Source: Phoronis australis
Lineage: Eukaryota; Animalia; Phoronida
Direction of reading: 5' to 3'
Length of the DNA stretch: 64,000 nt
NCBI GenBank assembly: GCA_002633005.1
Contig: NMRA01000001.1
Coordinates: forward strand, 3,331,695 to 3,395,694
Positions 26,701 to 39,326 of this stretch are shown here, piece by piece (within the stretch, counting starts at the first letter, position 1; the number at the start of each line of letters is the position of its first letter). A program made the translations under genes and the position numbers. The notes under the pieces are model-generated. The model saw only the letters and a program-made list of their open reading frames with translations. It was not told the origin of the DNA and ran no database searches.

Positions 26701-27968
26701 TCACATGATCACAGCTGTGCTAGTCATTGTTCAGTAATTCAGTCATCCAGTAGAACACAGTGTGTGAGCTTTCATCATAAAGGAAAGTATAAGAACAGAT
26801 CTAGCTGACACATTCAGCTCTACAACTCAATGCATTAGATAATGGATAAATGTTATTCAGGCAAAAATGTGAATTTGAATATTTAAGTTATTTAAGCGAA
26901 AAAATAACAAACACAAGAATTGTATCCTTGTACCCTTCAAAACAATTCTTTGCAACTGTTGCAACATCAGCTGTCCAAAGACGCTTTTGAAAACAATGTA
27001 AACCCTGTAAGGATCAAACTAATGTGTACCTCTGTTGCCAAAATCTTCACAAGATCTGCAATGTTTTCTCCAGACTTGCCATTTTTTACTGTAAATAAGA
27101 AATTGAAATTCAGAAATTAATAACATGCACATCGTATATAGGCATATAAAACACAGACTGGAGACCTTTTGTACAACAACGGAATAAACATTGACTTAAA
27201 ACCGTCTCAAAAGACACCTTGCACCAAATATGACTTCTACATTAGATCACTTCCATTAACTTGTTTTTCACTTAGATTAGAAATGACAGCAGGATTTGGG
27301 AAGAGACCATGCTCGTGGCTTGTCTTGTCAGACCATCAGCATAATCTCAAGTAATAGCAAACAGGCAGTGAAAATAGACTAAATTTGTTAATATTTCTAC
27401 GGACACTCATTCTGCCAAACAAGACTACCTTTTGATATCCACCATAATCGTTATAAAACTGGTTTTAATATATTCATTTAGAGGGCTCGATTTTAATTTA
27501 GTGACCTGCACGTCCCAAGGTCGCCAATGTGACCTTAGTTTTTGTTTAGAGAACTGATAAAAATCCGAGCTGCCACAATTGTACACACATACTACAGATG
27601 GGACTTGGAGTTATACGCCTAAAATCAGAAGGGTCTGGTCTTGACACATGCAGACTGTTTACATGTTCGGAACATCTACCTGTTCGGGTGGACATTTGTG
27701 CAGTTGCCTAGATTGTTGACTCTGGTGTTTTGATTTTTCATTTTAGACTGATGCTGCATATTATACGTCATCTGTAGAAGCCACAGCTTGCACCCAGCCC
27801 CTACATGCAGGGGTTCCTTGGTTTGAAAATCTTGCAATGTTCACAAAAAACGCATTATTCAGTGAGAGAAGCCATAAGCTAATTGAAGGATCGATTGCAT
27901 GTAATGATCAACAACATGAAACAAAAACAACAAACAATTGCCTAAGGTGTTGAAACAGCAGCCTGTAC

Positions 27969-28211
27969 CTATTTTGATTTGCCTCAGTGCATCAGGAGAT
28001 TCGCAGTCCCAGGCAATATCAGCTTGCGAGTCAGTCTGAGACAACAGGAAGAACTCTTCTCTACGCGGAGTTTGAAAACGTTTTCCTGGCTCTATTGCAG
28101 ACCGAGACTTTGTCTTGGGTGTTGATTGGTTGCTAGGGTTCTTTGGAGACAACAATGCTGGACTAGTACACAGTGACCGGGCCTCTGGTGACTTGTTGTG
28201 GCCATTCTTTA
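27969..28211 (-). CDS. ETAA1: ETAA1-like AAD exon, second (probably allelic) copy
   Basis: Near-identical to 23489-23731 (R/K change) inside the duplicated block that follows the N-gap. Confidence 0.6.
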
Positions 28212-29169
28212 CTACAACATAATGAATTTATCTAACGCATTTATAAATTATGCAGAGTGCCACGACATTATTAGACAAGCTTTGGTGTTCAAAACATCAA
28301 CTTTCCTTATAGGCCTACTTGCTCTTCCAAAGAAGGCTGGCATCACATTTTTATGTATCAACATACTTACGCATAGGTGCATTATGTCATTGTCTGTCCG
28401 TCTGGCATATGCTGCTGTATCTCCAAATCCCTGCATGGATGTTCATGAAATTTTGCAGATATTTCATGTGCAGGAAGCATGAACAAAACGGAAAATGATT
28501 ATTTATTATCTAGGTACGTTTTTAAACTATCGTGTAGTGAGACGGCTTTGCCGGATGCTACTAATAGCTTGCGCAGTGTTGCACATTTCATCACATTTCT
28601 TTGAAAACTGCCATTTGCAAAAACTGCAAGAAAAGTCAGCACACGTGGTTTGTGAGTAACATCAGCTTGTGACTGAAGTGATCTTGAGATCAAGCGGAAA
28701 TCTCAAGTTAAAGAGCAGCAGGCAATGGCAACACGTAGCCCCTCGGTTGCCTGGTTAGGGGCTACAATACTTCCCATCGCTTTCTGTACGAATTTCGTCC
28801 CCTGTATTTTAAACGGACGGTAGGCCCAATCCGGCCAGAGATTAGGAGTTTTCACCTCGTCAAAATACATTCCACACTTAAACTATCATTTAAAAAGCGC
28901 TTACTTTCTACAGAGACCCTTTCTACTTCTATACATGTCTTCGATGAAGCTTAGTTGTGAGAATTAAAGTGACTTTGGTGAAGAATTCAAACTCCACATT
29001 TATGGTCACCGTAAATTTTTTCACCACGTGCGCGATATCATAACCACAAAGTCATCACTGAGTCACGTGAGTTAGGCAAAGGCTAGCGCGAGACTGGGCG
29101 AATTGTGTGACTCTAGCGTGTGACACTTGCAAAATAGCATGGGAAGGTATCAGGTGAAATTTGTAAGAG

Positions 29170-30904
29170 TAGCGAGGACAGCATTCTTCAGCGAATCGCT
29201 TCGCGTATCTGTCACCGTGTTAAATTCGCTCACTACAATCGGCAAAAAATAACTCAAAAATGTAATAAATGTGAATAAAAATTATTGCAAACTATGAAAA
29301 AATATATTGTTTTACTTATCTGATAATCTTTTTTTGTCGCAAAATTCGTTTAATAATACTTTGCACGAGTTTTTTGCAGGGACGTGACCGATTTTTCAGA
29401 CCAAAATGGATGCCGGTAAAAATGAGTGCTATTTGGTTTTCAACCCAGGAGAAGACTAAACTCGCGAATTTTTACGTGAAACTTCGTGAAAGAACAAAAG
29501 GGAGCCTTGCGAACACGATTATGTAAGTAGTTTTCACTTTCCTGCACTTAAAAGTTGAAAAAGTCGCCTGTTCCCGCGACCTTCAACTTCGAGCTGAATT
29601 TATTGGTATATAGAATAATTTGCGAATGTAATGAACTGTATTCCGCACTAAAGGGTTCATTAATGAACTATTTCAAACACTTGTTCTAAACGAACATTTC
29701 GTCAATTTCTGACAATCGGGCGAATTTCTGACTCACTTCGTAGTTCCGGGTACTGCCGCTAGGGGTGGTCCTGTGAATCGCGTTGAATGTTTGGTTTACA
29801 ATACTGAAGCNNNNNNNNNNNNNNNNNNNNNNNNNNNNNNNNNNNNNNNNNNNNNNNNNNNNNNNNNNNNNNNNNNNNNNNNNNNNNNNNNNNNNNNNNN
29901 NNNNNNNNNNNNNNNNNNNNNNNNNNNNNNNNNNNNNNNNNNNNNNNNNNNNNNNNNNNNNNNNNNNNNNNNNNNNNNNNNNNNNNNNNNNNNNNNNNNN
30001 NNNNNNNNNNNNNNNNNNNNNNNNNNNNNNNNNNNNNNNNNNNNNNNNNNNNNNNNNNNNNNNNNNNNNNNNNNNNNNNNNNNNNNNNNNNNNNNNNNNN
30101 NNNNNNNNNNNNNNNNNNNNNNNNNNNNNNNNNNNNNNNNNNNNNNNNNNNNNNNNNNNNNNNNNNNNNNNNNNNNNNNNNNNNNNNNNNNNNNNNNNNN
30201 NNNNNNNNNNNNNNNNNNNNNNNNNNNNNNNNNNNNNNNNNNNNNNNNNNNNNNNNNNNNNNNNNNNNNNNNNNNNNNNNNNNNNNNNNNNNNNNNNNNN
30301 NNNNNNNNNNNNNNNNNNNNNNNNNNNNNNNNNNNNNNNNNNNNNNNNNNNNNNNNNNNNNNNNNNNNNNNNNNNNNNNNNNNNNNNNNNNNNNNNNNNN
30401 NNNNNNNNNNNNNNNNNNNNNNNNNNNNNNNNNNNNNNNNNNNNNNNNNNNNNNNNNNNNNNNNNNNNNNNNNNNNNNNNNNNNNNNNNNNNNNNNNNNN
30501 NNNNNNNNNNNNNNNNNNNNNNNNNNNNNNNNNNGAAATCGCAAAATTGTACGTAGTGACTTCTCTTTGTCGGCTGTGTTGACTTTAAGGTCAATATCTT
30601 CGCACAGGAACGTCTAATCGAAATGGTTTTTTTGGCAAATTATTCATCATAAAAAGTTCTTTAAAATGATGTATTACATGTCTATTTACGTTTCTTAGTT
30701 TTGAAATAATAATATTTTGAACTCGCAGATTCGATTTGACAGAATTTTTACCAAAAATTTTGACACGAAAATGACATTTTCTCCGGAACCATAAGTCCAA
30801 TTTAAAAAATTTTACTATCGTTATTTTAGTCTCGAAAAGAGCTTTCTAATGATGTATATTACATGCACATTTTCTAAAATTTTTGAAAAATGCTGTCCTC
30901 CCTA
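29170..30904. mobile_element. DNA transposon insertion with TAG...CTA termini and 4-bp TSD (Academ-like), interior partly N-gap
   Basis: Left end TAGCGAGGACAGCATTCTTCA; right end reverse complement TAGGGAGGACAGCATTTTTCA. AGAG flanks both ends (29166-29169, 30905-30908). The empty site is visible near 24683-24689. Confidence 0.8.
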
Positions 30905-31592
30905 AGAGTTGTGTCCCTTGGACTTTTTATTCATCAACATGCGTGCTAATTGTTAATTATAACTCCATGTGCATATATGCACGTTTCAATTGATTTTTGT
31001 CCTGTATTTTGAAATTCGTAACTTATTGTGGTGATGTACTATCACCCCCAGTGAGTATGCCTGTGGCATCCAGCCAGGCCCAGGCCCAGGGCCAGGGCAC
31101 CCAATGGCCAATGGCAATGCCTAGCAGCAGACCTGCCCAGGGTGCTTCCTTAGTTGGGTGCTTAAAAACTTACCATTTCTTTTTCTGTGAATTTTAGGCG
31201 TTCTGTCTATCTCAACAGTTCTTTTTTTACCCATTATTACAAGAGAATGGCATATACGACCTTACATACAGCTTAAGGTCCATAAGTTAGCCAACAATTT
31301 CAAATCTCATGCGACCTCAAAAACAAATATGGCGCGTTCTCCGAAATAGGATGAACCAAGTTACATTTATAGAAATGTAGTGTAAATCTTCATTCGATCC
31401 AAATAAACTTTTTAACACTACATATTAAACCACATTTAAATATTAAAAAAGTTATGTTTATGCACAATAGTGGGTTTTTTTGTCGATATTGCTAAAATGT
31501 ATAAAACAATGACTGCAGTAAGAAGCATATTGTGGGTTGTCTTTAAAGTGCGCCATATTTGATTTAAATTTCCGTGTTGTGTTTGTTGAAGA

Positions 31593-31684
31593 ATGAAGCT
31601 GGAATTGTACCGTGAAATTCTCAGTCTAATGCGTAGTTATAGAACACGCAAGTGCCTGAAAGCAGTTTCTGAAAAATTTCCAGG
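31593..31684 (+). CDS. CDIN1: CDIN1 (C15orf41) exon 1
   Basis: Encodes MKLELYREILSLMRSYRTRKCLKAVSEKFP. Donor GG|gtatct. Confidence 0.8.
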
Positions 31685-31757
31685 GTATCTGTGGCGGTGT
31701 TTTACTAATATTTACTAAAATATTATGTGGAAAAATCAAGTTTTTCCAGCTTTCAAC

Positions 31758-31844
31758 CACATGCGTCCTCAGCTTCTGATCGTCCCCAATTACCAATACA
31801 GTGTATTGGTAATTGGGGACGATCAGAAGCTGAGGACGCCTGTG
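31758..31844. mobile_element. 87-bp palindromic MITE with 8-bp TSD (P- or hAT-type)
   Basis: 43-bp arms (38 bp perfect, one mismatch near the end) and a 1-nt loop. CTTTCAAC is duplicated at 31750-31757 and 31845-31852. Confidence 0.85.
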
Positions 31845-31875
31845 CTTTCAACCAACACTCGCAACAGAGACAGTT

Positions 31876-32772
31876 GTTGCAGCCCAACTGATGAGTGATG
31901 TGATGCCTGCACCAAACCGAATCTGATTCTGAATCTGAATCTGGCAGCGTGAAGCTGCAAGATTTACCCTGAATAGATATCACAATACTTCATCACTCAG
32001 TCAGTGAAATGCTTGAATCACTAAACTGGCAAACTCGAATTCCGATGCTACCTCTCCAAACTTTCTACATTGTATAAAATTGTCCACATCTCACCATTGC
32101 ACTTTTAATTTCATAACATGCGCCACTTCAGAATCCTTGGCTTCAATTTTGAAGTGCTTCAAGAAAGATAGCGATAATTAGAACAGCAACGATTTCAGGC
32201 CTGATAGAAAGGCCTCGATAGATTGAGCTGTCACCATTTCTTCAGGCAGTTGAATGATTCCGGTCTAATATTGTACGTTGAAATAAAGAATACCTGTAAG
32301 AGCCTGTTTGACACACAATAGGTTGGAAGCACCTACTATTTCTCCTTTGGATGTAAACTGTTGTAGAGGATTTTTCATAGTCTGTATTTTCTAGAAGATG
32401 ATCTGCGGGTATTTCTGATAGGTTTGATGAAATGATTTGACGCACTTCGATTTGGCATGGGTTGGTGAGCCAAACTGATGCCTGCACCAAACTGAACCTA
32501 CTATAAGTTTCCAAATTACTGCCAGTGGTTTCTGGATTATTTAACACTTATCAGAATGGAAATTGACATAATGTGCACTCACGTATGCAGGTCATATGGA
32601 TTAATGATCGCATAAGGAAAGTGCCCTGAGAAACTATTGCGCACCACCCTGCACTCATTGTCGTCAATTTCAGTTCTGATAACCGATAGTTTCAGTTTGG
32701 ATCACCAGTTGACCCATCCCAAATTGAAGTGCACCAAATCAGTTTGGCGCAGACATCAGTTTGGGCTGCAAC
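31876..32772. mobile_element. degenerate non-autonomous TIR element with repeated CCAAACTGA subterminal motifs, plus an embedded LINE 3' fragment
   Basis: GTTGCAGCCCAACTGATG pairs with CATCAGTTTGGGCTGCAAC, and an internal copy lies near 32460-32495. Around 31997-32090 the sequence reads SVSEMLESLNWQT...LYKIVH (CR1/L2-like). Confidence 0.45.
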
Positions 32773-33366
32773 CGAGTCACCAGGAACAGGGTAAAGTTCA
32801 GTAGCTGTCTCAGAAAAATCTAGCCAAAATCGCATGTTCTCATTTAAAATGCATGACAATACCTCACAAAGTCTAGACAGTGACCATCGTCTCTAACTGG
32901 CCAACAGAAGCCAGTAGAAGCTTTTCATGCCTCAGACTGATTAAAACGTCAAAGTCACGTTGTTATAAGTACCTTTTGCACATAGAGGGACACCTTAGGA
33001 GTCCATTGATATCTTTAATTTTTTCTAACTTGAACAAACACTCCTGTTATCAAACTTTTTCTTTGAGCAATCCTTCGTTCAGTTCCCAAAATGGGAAACT
33101 GGCCACGCCAGGGGATATGACATCATACCACCTGCTGCACACTATGTACATAAAATGTTACAAGCTAATTTCTGTTTTTACTAGGTATATGTTCTATGTA
33201 CCTAAGAAGTAATTGCTATTAGTGGCTGGCATTGTATGTGCCCACCCCAAAATTTATTTTCTATTATACAAGAGCCAAAACTTATACAACTTTTTATTCT
33301 CAAGTCATCTGCGTCTGCCATATGACAGCACGAATAAATGTTATAATTTGATTTGATATGTTACAG

Positions 33367-33412
33367 GATATCTTACAGTACTCTTGGAAGTATCTTTGCA
33401 CAAGATTATCAG
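33367..33412 (+). CDS. CDIN1: CDIN1 exon 2
   Basis: ISYSTLGSIFAQDYQ (human TLLSIFSQEYQ). Canonical splice sites. Confidence 0.85.
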
Positions 33413-34314
33413 GTAAAAGGTTTTTTCTAGTTTAGGAGTCCGTTTCATGAAACTTTTTGGTTGTAGCTTATTCCTTGTAATGCTCCAAGTTTATTGCCCC
33501 ATCATCTAATGTTCCAGTCAGTGTATGACCTATTGTCCATCTCAGCAGAAGATACTACTTTCTCAGGTCAAGAGGTCATTCACAACTGTTGCTGTTATGA
33601 TTGTACAATTAACTTACATGCTAAGGAGCAGAGCTAATCATTGCAATAATTTCTACCTGAAGACAAATCTGTCAAAGCCTTGATCTGTGAAATTTCTTAA
33701 AACCAAAATTAAGGACTGAAATCGGTATTAGCTGAGATTGATAGTTGAAGATTTGGTTTAAATAACAAGTGTTACCTAGTATATGACTGCCATTGTTATA
33801 CTTGCCATTGGAATTTGCAGGCCAATTCCTTATATCTGTGATTGATCAAATTATTTAGAAACACAACATGTGTGAATGAGAATTAGGTTGAAAATTGCCA
33901 AATGTCTTTAAGAATGAGTTTTGTTACGAAAATGATCCACCGTAAATCACTGAACTGTGTCCAGTAAGTATCGTGATGTGGTGTTGGGGAATAACACTGC
34001 ATGATGCAGGCCATGTGAGCCCACAAGGTACGTTATTAGTGTAAAGGTCACCTATTTGCAGATTTTCTTGTTTTCACATTAACTAGTTGTCATTCCTTTT
34101 TAAAACTGAATCATTAACACAATTTAACATAGAGTTTTAGAAAGAGAAATTCAGATTGACTTTTGAATAAGTTCAGAAATTTTCAAAGTATGCTGGTGAG
34201 GCTTCTGATTTGTGTTGTTTTTTAATAATATGCCTTCATGTTTGCAACTGGTATGAGCCTAGCCATACCCTTGTCTGTCATAAATCAGTGCAATTTGTAA
34301 CGTTTTATCTGTAG

Positions 34315-34379
34315 AGAAAAATGAAGAAGACTCATCACAAGCATTATAACGCAGAAGTAATACAAGGTTATTATCACAG
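34315..34379 (+). CDS. CDIN1: CDIN1 exon 3
   Basis: RKMKKTHHKHYNAEVIQGYYHR (human KRTHAKH...YYQR). Confidence 0.85.
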
Positions 34380-34715
34380 GTGTGCATAGAAATGATAATA
34401 TAAATTGAATTCCTACTTTAAGTGCTGCGTCCTATTTTGTTTAGCGTTATTCTTAGTTAATTGGGTTTCTTTGCCTGAACAGCTGAAAAACTAATTCCAG
34501 TTTGAAAGTTACCTGTCACTAACATAGTAGGTAATTAAACCCCAAAGTTAAATCACCATTTATTTATGCTCAAGAGAAAGTTTCTTTGGGTTGGGGGTTG
34601 TATTTGGCCTAACTTAACATGGGGTTGTCGGCGAAAATTGCTCTGCTGTAGATTATTTCTTTCACGTAAAACATTTTCTGCCTATGGTTACTCACAGTGA
34701 ACTTTGTGATTTCAG

Positions 34716-34776
34716 ATTCTGTTTGTCTGTTCAAAATGAAGATGGTGATGGCGTACTAGTGAGATTGGCTGATGAG
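34716..34776 (+). CDS. CDIN1: CDIN1 exon 4
   Basis: FCLSVQNEDGDGVLVRLADE. Acceptor ttcag, donor gtatgt. Confidence 0.85.
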
Positions 34777-35606
34777 GTATGTTACCTCATGTTTTCTGCT
34801 AGAGGTTGTGGTGTTCTGTTTAGTAGACAATGCATGTTTTCAGTACAATTAACAAGTATTGCATCTAATGAGTAGCTACAAGGTGAGACTTGTATACTTG
34901 AGGCAGTTAGCCGCCCAGTTAGGCGATGCCTGCGTTAGCCATCGCCCTGTTGTACTCTGGACATCTAGACGTGGATCATTGCCTAAAATATTCACAAGCT
35001 GTCCCGTATGTCTTTTGCTTGAATCAAGTGAATAATTTATTTGGAAAATGTTATATTTTAAGTTACAAAGCTGTGTACGTGATGTAGATAAAAAGTCATG
35101 TTCACCACCAGTATGATTTACAGAGTTTAAACTTTAATATTAAAATAATTGCATTCATTCTTTCTCACTTGCTGAACCTCATGTTGTACACTAGATACTT
35201 GGCGACACAAACTATGATTCAGACTTTTTCATACTTTATTAGAAATTGATTGCTGTGCCCAATCATTCAGTTCGTCGACAAGTATAAATGAGCAACCAAA
35301 AGGCAGTGTTGATCAAGCCTTTTACAGGTGGGTCACTCCATAACTGTTGCAGGTTGTTTTCAGCTGCCGTTAATGGTAATCGCTTTCAGGTGCTTGGTGC
35401 AATAGGCTCGACTGAGCAGGCCACCTGCACTATTTTTAAATTTTTTAATCAGTTATAATCATGGCAAGGTAAAGTTTTGCTTTACTAATAATTTAAGATC
35501 TTCATATTTAGTCCGCAACTAGCAAGCAACCCCCTCTAACTTTAACAATTATAAGTTATGATGTAATTCGATGCATATGTTTTATTATAATCTAAATTTA
35601 TTGCAG

Positions 35607-35685
35607 GTAGACCTGTCTCCCGCACTGCTGGCAAGGATGATAGTTGAACAGTATCTTGTTGAGACAAAGTACTCTGAGAAAAGTC
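35607..35685 (+). CDS. CDIN1: CDIN1 exon 5
   Basis: VDLSPALLARMIVEQYL (human VDYAPSLMARLILERFL). Confidence 0.88.
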
Positions 35686-36956
35686 GTAAGGCATTGACTG
35701 AAATTAATGTAGTCGTTCTGAATAATTTGACAAGATCACTTTCGACAAGACAGTTATAGCAAACAAATTGTAAAAATAAAGTATTTAATTGGAAATAGTA
35801 ACAATAACATCAGCTGGCATTACTAAGAAGTAACATGTACTTGAAACCGTACGATGGCCGCACAAATAAGAAAGTGACCCTGCAACTATGGCGATGACCA
35901 GCTACTGACTATATTTTCTGTATCTCTCACTTCACTTTATGGGTGTTACCTGAGCTGTATGTTGGCACTTGCTGTAATTTGTAAATCATTATCCTGATGA
36001 TGTTGATTGAACATGAACTTTTTATTTGTGTGGCAATCAATTTAATTGTACTTGAAAGTTATTTTAAAAAATATGTGAATTGTAAATTATATGGAGGCAG
36101 TCTTTAGCCAACACTAGGAACCAATATAAACAGTCCATCCATCTGTTGTCCACTGCACACATGGTCATCACATTCTGTACCTCTTTATGGCTCTGACCTG
36201 GGCGTCACAAAACTTTATAGCCGCCTTGACACCAACTGACACAGTCTGCCAAAATTGCTCTCGCTCAATCCACCAACCAAGATTGCTGACAATTTCCACA
36301 ATTCCAACAAATCAACACGCTTCCTTTCTACAAGATGACTGTCTCTCGAAGCCACTGCTGTACTCAATGCTTCATAATGCACAACATACAATTGGCAACA
36401 TTGTTTCAACTGAATGTGCAGACAACATGTACTGCATTTTACCGAGTAACATACCAGCGAGGATTAACATCATTTCCGTAACATGTCCTCAATAAATAAT
36501 AAATTCTGTAATCTAAACTCACTTTGGATGTGAACATACAGAAAAAGAACAGCTGCTTGGGAGCTTACCGAAGTCACACAGCACATGTCCACTTAGAAAT
36601 GGGTAGGAAATCAACATGCAATGGCTATAAAAACAAATACCCCAGCTCATAACATGACAACTAAGAAATCTTTGTTGGCATAGCAACAGTTTGAACACAT
36701 TCTGTCTATAAGGATTGAAAGTTAACTTTGGTTTGAGCATAAGATAGATACAGTGTAGGGCAAAAGCAACCGTTCTTTTATTGCCATCTCCTCAACTTTC
36801 TGGTAAATCTTTGTCTAATATGAATTCTGCTTGTGTCAAGCCGTCATGAAAGAATGGCCGGTCATTTTGTCCGTGTACGTTAGCCTTGTTCTCCACTGTT
36901 TTATTTTTTTGTATTCGCTTGTTTTGTTAATCTTCCAAAAATATTCTTTCATCCAG

Positions 36957-37036
36957 CCCCTCGGAGTGAAGTCAGCCAGCTGATGAAGAACACAACCTTG
37001 ATTGAGGACCCTCGCCTGTCACATGAGGTTCACATG
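36957..37036 (+). CDS. CDIN1: CDIN1 exon 6 (copy A)
   Basis: PPRSEVSQLMKNTTLIEDPRLSHEVHM. Acceptor ccag, donor gtgagt. Confidence 0.75.
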
Positions 37037-37836
37037 GTGAGTGTGTACTGTTTTAGCTATATACATGTATTCATGTCTTTTTTTCAATATCCGAAATTAT
37101 GTAGAAAATATGCTCAGTAAAGCAAAACAAAAATGATGGCTAACTCTGTTTTCGGATGCCACAGTTGGGTGAATGGGTCAATTTAATTAAATGAATCCTA
37201 ACGTTTTTTGTAAACATGTTTTGCATGTTGGTACGNCTGCTGTACTCAATGCTTCATAATGCACAACATACAATTGGCAACATTGTTTCAACTGAATGTG
37301 CAGACAACATGTACTGCATTTTACCGAGTAACATACCAGCGAGGATTAACATCATTTCCGTAACATGTCCTCAATAAATAATAAAGTCTGTAATATAAAC
37401 TCACTTTCGATGTGAACATACAGAAAAAGAAAAGCTGCTTGGGAGCTTACCGAAGTCACACAGCACATGTCCACTTAGAAATGGGTAGGAAATCAACATG
37501 CAATGGCTATAAAAACAAATACCCCAGCTCATAACATGACAACTAAGAAAGCTTTGTTGGCATAGCAACAGTTTGAACACATTCTGTCTATGAAGGCTGA
37601 AAGTTAACTTTGGTTTGAGCATAAGATAGATGCAGTGTAGGGCAAAAGCAACCGTTATTTTATTGCCATCTCAACTTTCTGGTAAATCTTTGTCTAATAT
37701 GAATTCTGCTTGTGTCAAGCCGTCATGAAAGAATGGCTGGTCATTTTGTCCGTGTACGTTAGCCTTGTTCTCCACTGTTTTATTCCTTTTTTATTCGCTT
37801 GTTTTGTTAATCTTCCAAAAATATTCTTTCACCCAG

Positions 37837-37916
37837 CCCCTCGGAGTGAAGTCAGCCAGCTGATGAAGAACACAACCTTGATTGAGGACCCTCGCCTGTC
37901 ACATGAGGTTCACATG
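37837..37916 (+). CDS. CDIN1: CDIN1 exon 6 (copy B, identical, probable allelic duplicate)
   Basis: Identical exon inside an ~880-bp duplication split by an N at 37236. Confidence 0.7.
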
Positions 37917-38449
37917 GTGAGTGTGTACTGTTTTAGCTATATACATGTATTCAAGTCTATTTTTCATTTAATATCTGAAATTATGTGGAAAATGTGCTCA
38001 GTAAAGCAAAACAAAAATGATGGCTAACTCTGTTTTCGGATGCCACAGTTGGGTGAATGGGTCAATTTAATTAAATGAATCCTAATGTTTTTTGTAAACA
38101 CGTTTTGCATGTTGGTACGTAAGGCGCACGTGTGTGTGTGTGCACACGCATGTGCGTGTGTATAAAGCAAAATATATTGGATTTTCCGTCAAATGGCAGG
38201 AAGCTTTAAATTTGTGCCTGCCGAAGGTGATTTGTTGTTGATAATGAATCTAAGTTGTATTAATAAGTCATGTAAGATTCATTTGATCATGGTTATCTTA
38301 TGGTTTTGTGCTGTTGGTTAACTAGCAGCAAGCCACAACCGACAGTCTTCCACTGAACAACGCTTTCTCCATGTAAGTGGTGATTGTAAGGATAACTCTT
38401 TTTCAAATTAGTGCCATACACATTACATTTTGCTTGCCATATCTTCCAG

Positions 38450-38499
38450 TGCATCTTGTCTGATGACATCTATGGACCTCTCAGTGACACAGTCAAACA
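38450..38499 (+). CDS. CDIN1: CDIN1 exon 7
   Basis: CILSDDIYGPLSDTVKH (human CIVNDCCYGPLVDCIKH). Donor |GTATCCTTT. Confidence 0.88.
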
Positions 38500-39326
38500 G
38501 TATCCTTTTCACGCTCAAGAGTAAGTGCATGCCCATTGGGTGTTAAAAATTTTGTTGTTAAATGTGACTTGCCTGGTGTTTGATACAGAGATGCACATAT
38601 CTTAAAGGGGGCAATAAACTCCAGCCTTCCGTCAAATGCCAATTTTCGACTTGGAGCTTGCTTTTATAAAAGCGGTCTCGTCTTGTTTCTTACTCAGCTT
38701 AGAATTGATTTCTAACCATGAGAGGAACTGGCAGACCGTTACTGATTCTGGCCAACCTCATGAAATTGCTGATTAGTTTCAGTCGCTGAAGCCGTGTAAC
38801 CGTCAGAAATTCCAGTTGATTTACTCTAACCAATTTCAATTGAAACAAAGGATAAGAACAGTCCTGATGTTGCTTTGAAAGAATGAATATGCTAATGAAG
38901 AACATTTGTGTTATTAACACCAGAACGTGGTTTGTAGCGGCTGGAGGGAGGTTTTAGCTCAGATGTTGCATAGTGTTATGTAATTATGGATAGAACCACA
39001 GAGCTTGAAAATAGAAGTGCCACAATTTATAGATGTATTGGACCATATTCCAAGATCTGTTTATTTGTAGCCTAGAAAAACAACATCACATTTTACCTCA
39101 AAAAAAAAAAAACTACAATGCCAATTTCCCTTTATGTGTAACTTGTTTCCCTGGATCAGTGTTTTGTTTTAGGAGTTGTCAAAGTGGAGTCGTCTATTGT
39201 TATTGGTCGGTTATAAAAATAAGAAGAAATAATAAAACCTTCAGAAAATAAAATCAATAAAAACAATTATAGTTAAAAGACTGATTTCAGAAGTTCGTGA
39301 CACAAATACCACCTTAACGTTATCAG
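38500..39326 (+). other. U12-type (minor spliceosome) GT-AG intron
   Basis: 5' splice site GTATCCTTTT. Branch point CCTTAAC at 39312-39318, 8 nt before the 3' end, with no polypyrimidine tract. Reading frame is preserved across the intron. Confidence 0.9.

Larger units (their letters stand above)
21467..30945. repeat. ~3.3-kb duplication of the ETAA1 5' region (21467-24725 vs 25963-30945), separated by an N-gap
   Basis: Co-linear copies with SNPs and short indels. The second copy starts exactly at the end of gap 25283-25962 and carries an extra 1.7-kb insertion. Confidence 0.9.
36355..38119. repeat. ~880-bp tandem duplication (36355-37235 / 37237-38119), probable haplotype overlap
   Basis: Single N at the junction. 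Scattered SNPs and small indels. Confidence 0.9.

Noticed and set aside
25963-29160. A second ETAA1 paralogue
   Set aside because: Only the 5' exons are duplicated, the copy starts at a gap edge, and divergence is allele-like.
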